Origin: a bacterium
GTDB lineage: Bacteria; Latescibacterota; UBA2968
Length of the DNA stretch: 37,471 nt
Assembly: GCA_027296045.1 (NCBI GenBank)
Contig: JAPUJS010000154.1
Span: 1 to 37,471, forward strand
Reading direction: 5' to 3'
Shown here: piece after piece, positions 35,256-37,471 of the stretch
Layout of the letters: each line of letters begins with the position of its first letter
Position numbering within the stretch: the first letter of the stretch is position 1
Position numbers and translations under genes: made by a program
Notes under the pieces: model-generated
The model's database searches: none
Told to the model about the DNA's origin: nothing
What the model saw: only the letters and a program-made list of their open reading frames with translations

Positions 35256-35500
35256 AGTTTCACCCCCTTTCGTCTAAATATAAGCCCGATAGCAAGGCCA
35301 AGACAACCCCTGGAGGTGAAAATTCACGCATATTCAGGCACAATTCACACACAAATAGTTGTAAATCATATAATTAAAATTAAAAGGCGCACCAAAGTAT
35401 CCCATTTCGCTTCTCAAAACGAAAGCAGAGGTCTGACTGTGGTTTATACTTTCTAATTCACTAATTTTATATTAACTTACAAGAAATATACGTTATTTAA

Positions 35501-36028
35501 ATGATCCAGAGCCCAGGATTTCCCATGTCCCACCAGCAACTGGCACGAAACGCCCTTTGCGTTGCCCTTTGTGCAGTCGCAACACTCCTCATTCGAATCC
35601 CCGTACCTGCCACACAGGGCTATATCAACCTGGGAGATACCCTGATTTTTGTATCTGCTCTCCTTTTCGGGCCCCGAACCGGAGGGATTGCAGGAGGCCT
35701 GGGCTCTGCCATGGCAGACATCCTGGCAGGCTATGCACACTGGGCCCCTTTGACCTTCCTCATCAAGGGCATCGAGGGCATCCTGGTCGGGTCGTTGTTC
35801 CGAGGGCCTCTTCGTGGCCCTGCGGCGATCATGCGCGGCAGCCTGGCCGTGATTGCGGGAGGCCTCTGGATGATTCTCGGCTACTTTCTGGCGGCCACCG
35901 GCCTTTACGGCTGGCAACCGGCCCTGGCAGCAATCCCCGGAAATATCCTCCAGGCACTTTCCGGCCTCATCCTCAGCCTCCCCATTGCGGTTGGGCTTAT
36001 TCGGGCAGGCGTCCCTCGCTCTGAGTAA
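35501..36028 (+). CDS. ECF-transporter S component-like membrane protein (substrate unknown)
   Basis: 175 aa with ~5 TM segments. GYINLGDTLIFVSALLFGPRTGGIAGGLGSAMADILAGYAHWAPLTFLIKGIEGILVG resembles RibU/ECF S-component cores. The start is uncertain (ATG 35501 or 35525) and there is no strong SD. Confidence 0.65.
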   Translation: MIQSPGFPMSHQQLARNALCVALCAVATLLIRIPVPATQGYINLGDTLIFVSALLFGPRTGGIAGGLGSAMADILAGYAHWAPLTFLIKGIEGILVGSLFRGPLRGPAAIMRGSLAVIAGGLWMILGYFLAATGLYGWQPALAAIPGNILQALSGLILSLPIAVGLIRAGVPRSE

Positions 36029-36042
36029 ACCTATTTGCAAAG

Positions 36043-36072
36043 AAAAAAAGACGGGATCCAATCCCGTCTTTC
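36043..36072. terminator. Bidirectional terminator between the convergent ECF-S and ptsN genes
   Basis: An A7 run, then stem AGACGGGAT (36049-36057) / ATCCCGTCT (36061-36069), then TTTCA. Confidence 0.65.
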
Positions 36073-36091
36073 ATCCCCATTCGATATGCGC

Positions 36092-36556
36092 CTACCCCAC
36101 CTGCACTTCCCAATCCGCTTCCAAAATTCCCATCACCTCTTCGACGCTTTCCGCCTCCCGGAGGGCCGCCCGAACCACATCCTGATGCAACCAACGCGCA
36201 ATATCGGCAACCAGCTTCAGATAGGCCTCGTCGTTTCGGTCGGGCCACCCGATGATCACCAGAATATGCACCACTTCATCGTTTCCCCAATCAATTCCGC
36301 CGCTCGAAATTCCCAGGGCAACGGCCGGACCTTGCACGGACTCGTCCCGGTAATGGGGAAGGGCCACGCCCTTATCCACGGCAGATTGAAATCGAGCTTC
36401 CTTTTGAAAAAGCGCCGAAAGAAACCGGCGAAAATCCGGAATCTCGGGACTCCCTTCCAGCACCGAAGCCAGTTCTCGGATGGCACCGGCCTTTTTTTGT
36501 GCCGCCATCCCGGGCAGAATGTGTTCTGCCTTGAGCTCCCTCACAATCTTCGACAT
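36092..36556 (-). CDS. ptsN: PTS EIIA-Ntr type nitrogen-regulatory protein
   Basis: 154 aa. The N-terminus L..EHILPGMAAQKK..AIRELA and the phospho-His region KGVALPHYRD match the PTS_EIIA_2 / PtsN family. GGAGG lies ~10 nt upstream. Confidence 0.8.
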   Translation of the reverse strand: MSKIVRELKAEHILPGMAAQKKAGAIRELASVLEGSPEIPDFRRFLSALFQKEARFQSAVDKGVALPHYRDESVQGPAVALGISSGGIDWGNDEVVHILVIIGWPDRNDEAYLKLVADIARWLHQDVVRAALREAESVEEVMGILEADWEVQVG

Positions 36557-36586
36557 GAAAACCGGCCTCCCAACCGGTACTCCGCC

Positions 36587-37438
36587 TTATCCCACTTCCA
36601 TGAGAGGCTCAAGCTGCGCCCTGCGCCTGGGATGACGCAACCGACGAAGCGCCTTTTCCTTAATCTGACGCACCCGTTCCCGGGTCAAATTGAACCGCAC
36701 CCCAATCTCTTCCAGGGTCAGTGGTTCTCCATCGGCCAAACCAAAATACAAGCGCAACACTTCAGACTCCCGATCGTCTAGCGAGTCCAACACATCTTTC
36801 ACCTGGGTTCGCACCGAATCTTCCACCACTTCCACATCTGGCGCCTTTTGGGTTTGATCGGGCAAAATATGAATCAAACTATGATCGTCGTCTTCTTTAA
36901 AAGAAGCATCTAAAGACCAGACGTCTCGAGCTCGCATCAGCGTATCTTGAACCATCTCAACCGAAACGTCCAGTGCCTTGGCAATGGTTTCGGAGTCGGG
37001 TTCGGACTCGCTGGCCTGCCTCAGTTCCCGAGAGACCTTGGAAATATTGTGTAACAAATCAATTCGATTGATGGGAAGACGCACCACGCGGGAATCCTGG
37101 GCAAGGCTCTGGTGAATTGCCTGACGAATCCACCACACGGCATAAGAGATAAATTTGAACCCCCGCATCCCGTCAAATCGCTCGGCAGCCGTCATCAATC
37201 CCATGTTGCCAGAACTGATCAGATCGGCCAGGGGAACGCCGTGGTTTTGATATTCGCGCGCCACACTCACCACAAATCGGAGATTTGCAGAAACCAGCTT
37301 GTCGCGCGACCGCTTACAACCCTTTCGGATCTTTTTTGCCAGTGCAATTTCCTCTTTGCCAGACAGCGGCTCCGAGCTTGAGATATCCCGCAAATACAAA
37401 TCCAGAGACTCGCTGTCTTGAATCATTATCCCAGCCAA
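36587..37438 (-). CDS. RNA polymerase sigma factor, sigma-70 family (paralog of 7744-8604)
   Basis: 283 aa. LVSANLRFVVSVAREY..., GFKFISYAVWWIRQAI, LEEIGVRFNLTRERVRQIKEKALRRLRHP. The TTG at 37438 lies 8 nt after AAGGAGGA; an alternative ATG is at 37426. Confidence 0.9.
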   Translation of the reverse strand: MAGIMIQDSESLDLYLRDISSSEPLSGKEEIALAKKIRKGCKRSRDKLVSANLRFVVSVAREYQNHGVPLADLISSGNMGLMTAAERFDGMRGFKFISYAVWWIRQAIHQSLAQDSRVVRLPINRIDLLHNISKVSRELRQASESEPDSETIAKALDVSVEMVQDTLMRARDVWSLDASFKEDDDHSLIHILPDQTQKAPDVEVVEDSVRTQVKDVLDSLDDRESEVLRLYFGLADGEPLTLEEIGVRFNLTRERVRQIKEKALRRLRHPRRRAQLEPLMEVG

Positions 37439-37471
37439 GGGTCCATCCTCCTTATGAAAGTGCGGATCGCT

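Noticed and set aside
1-37471. Search for tRNA/rRNA genes, CRISPR arrays, transposases, integrases, toxin-antitoxin pairs or known defence genes
   Set aside because: I found no T-loop-like GGTTCGAATCC contexts in the intergenic regions, no regularly spaced repeats, and no ORF with recombinase, RT, nuclease-helicase or similar defence-type motifs. Every intergenic gap is 300 nt or shorter.

Overview
A chromosomal segment, roughly mid-50s %GC by eye, from a diderm bacterium. Diderm evidence: a TonB-dependent receptor with a CarboxypepD_reg-type N-terminus, an outer-membrane beta-barrel protein, several lipobox lipoproteins, and compact ~285-aa sigma-70 factors. These hint at an FCB-like or candidate-phylum lineage, but that cannot be proven from this window. 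Most of the window is housekeeping: qor, murD, a 5-gene peptide/nickel-type ABC importer, cca, murA, rlmN, an M23 peptidase, larC, glnA, HU and ptsN. Canonical TTGACA/TATAAT-like promoters and clear rho-independent terminators sit in the intergenic regions. I found no rRNA, tRNA, CRISPR array, transposase or integrase.

Most interesting parts:
1. 20246-23558 (- strand): a tightly overlapped four-gene operon encoding a polytopic membrane protein, a wHTH/BpsA-like (DUF43) transferase, a stand-alone DUF2156 protein (MprF synthase-domain-like) and a small lipoprotein. I do not recognise this combination as a described pathway.
2. 3857-4021: a ~165-nt rod-like nested inverted repeat, followed by a very AT-rich tract and a cluster of orphan low-complexity ORFs (4150-5854).
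3. Two paralogous sigma factors with near-identical DNA-recognition regions. One sits directly upstream of ptsN, where rpoN normally sits.
4. 32475-32729: a small Cys-rich acidic ORF just downstream of glnA.
5. MurA carries Asp at the fosfomycin-target Cys position.

All family assignments come from motif recognition by eye. No database search was possible.
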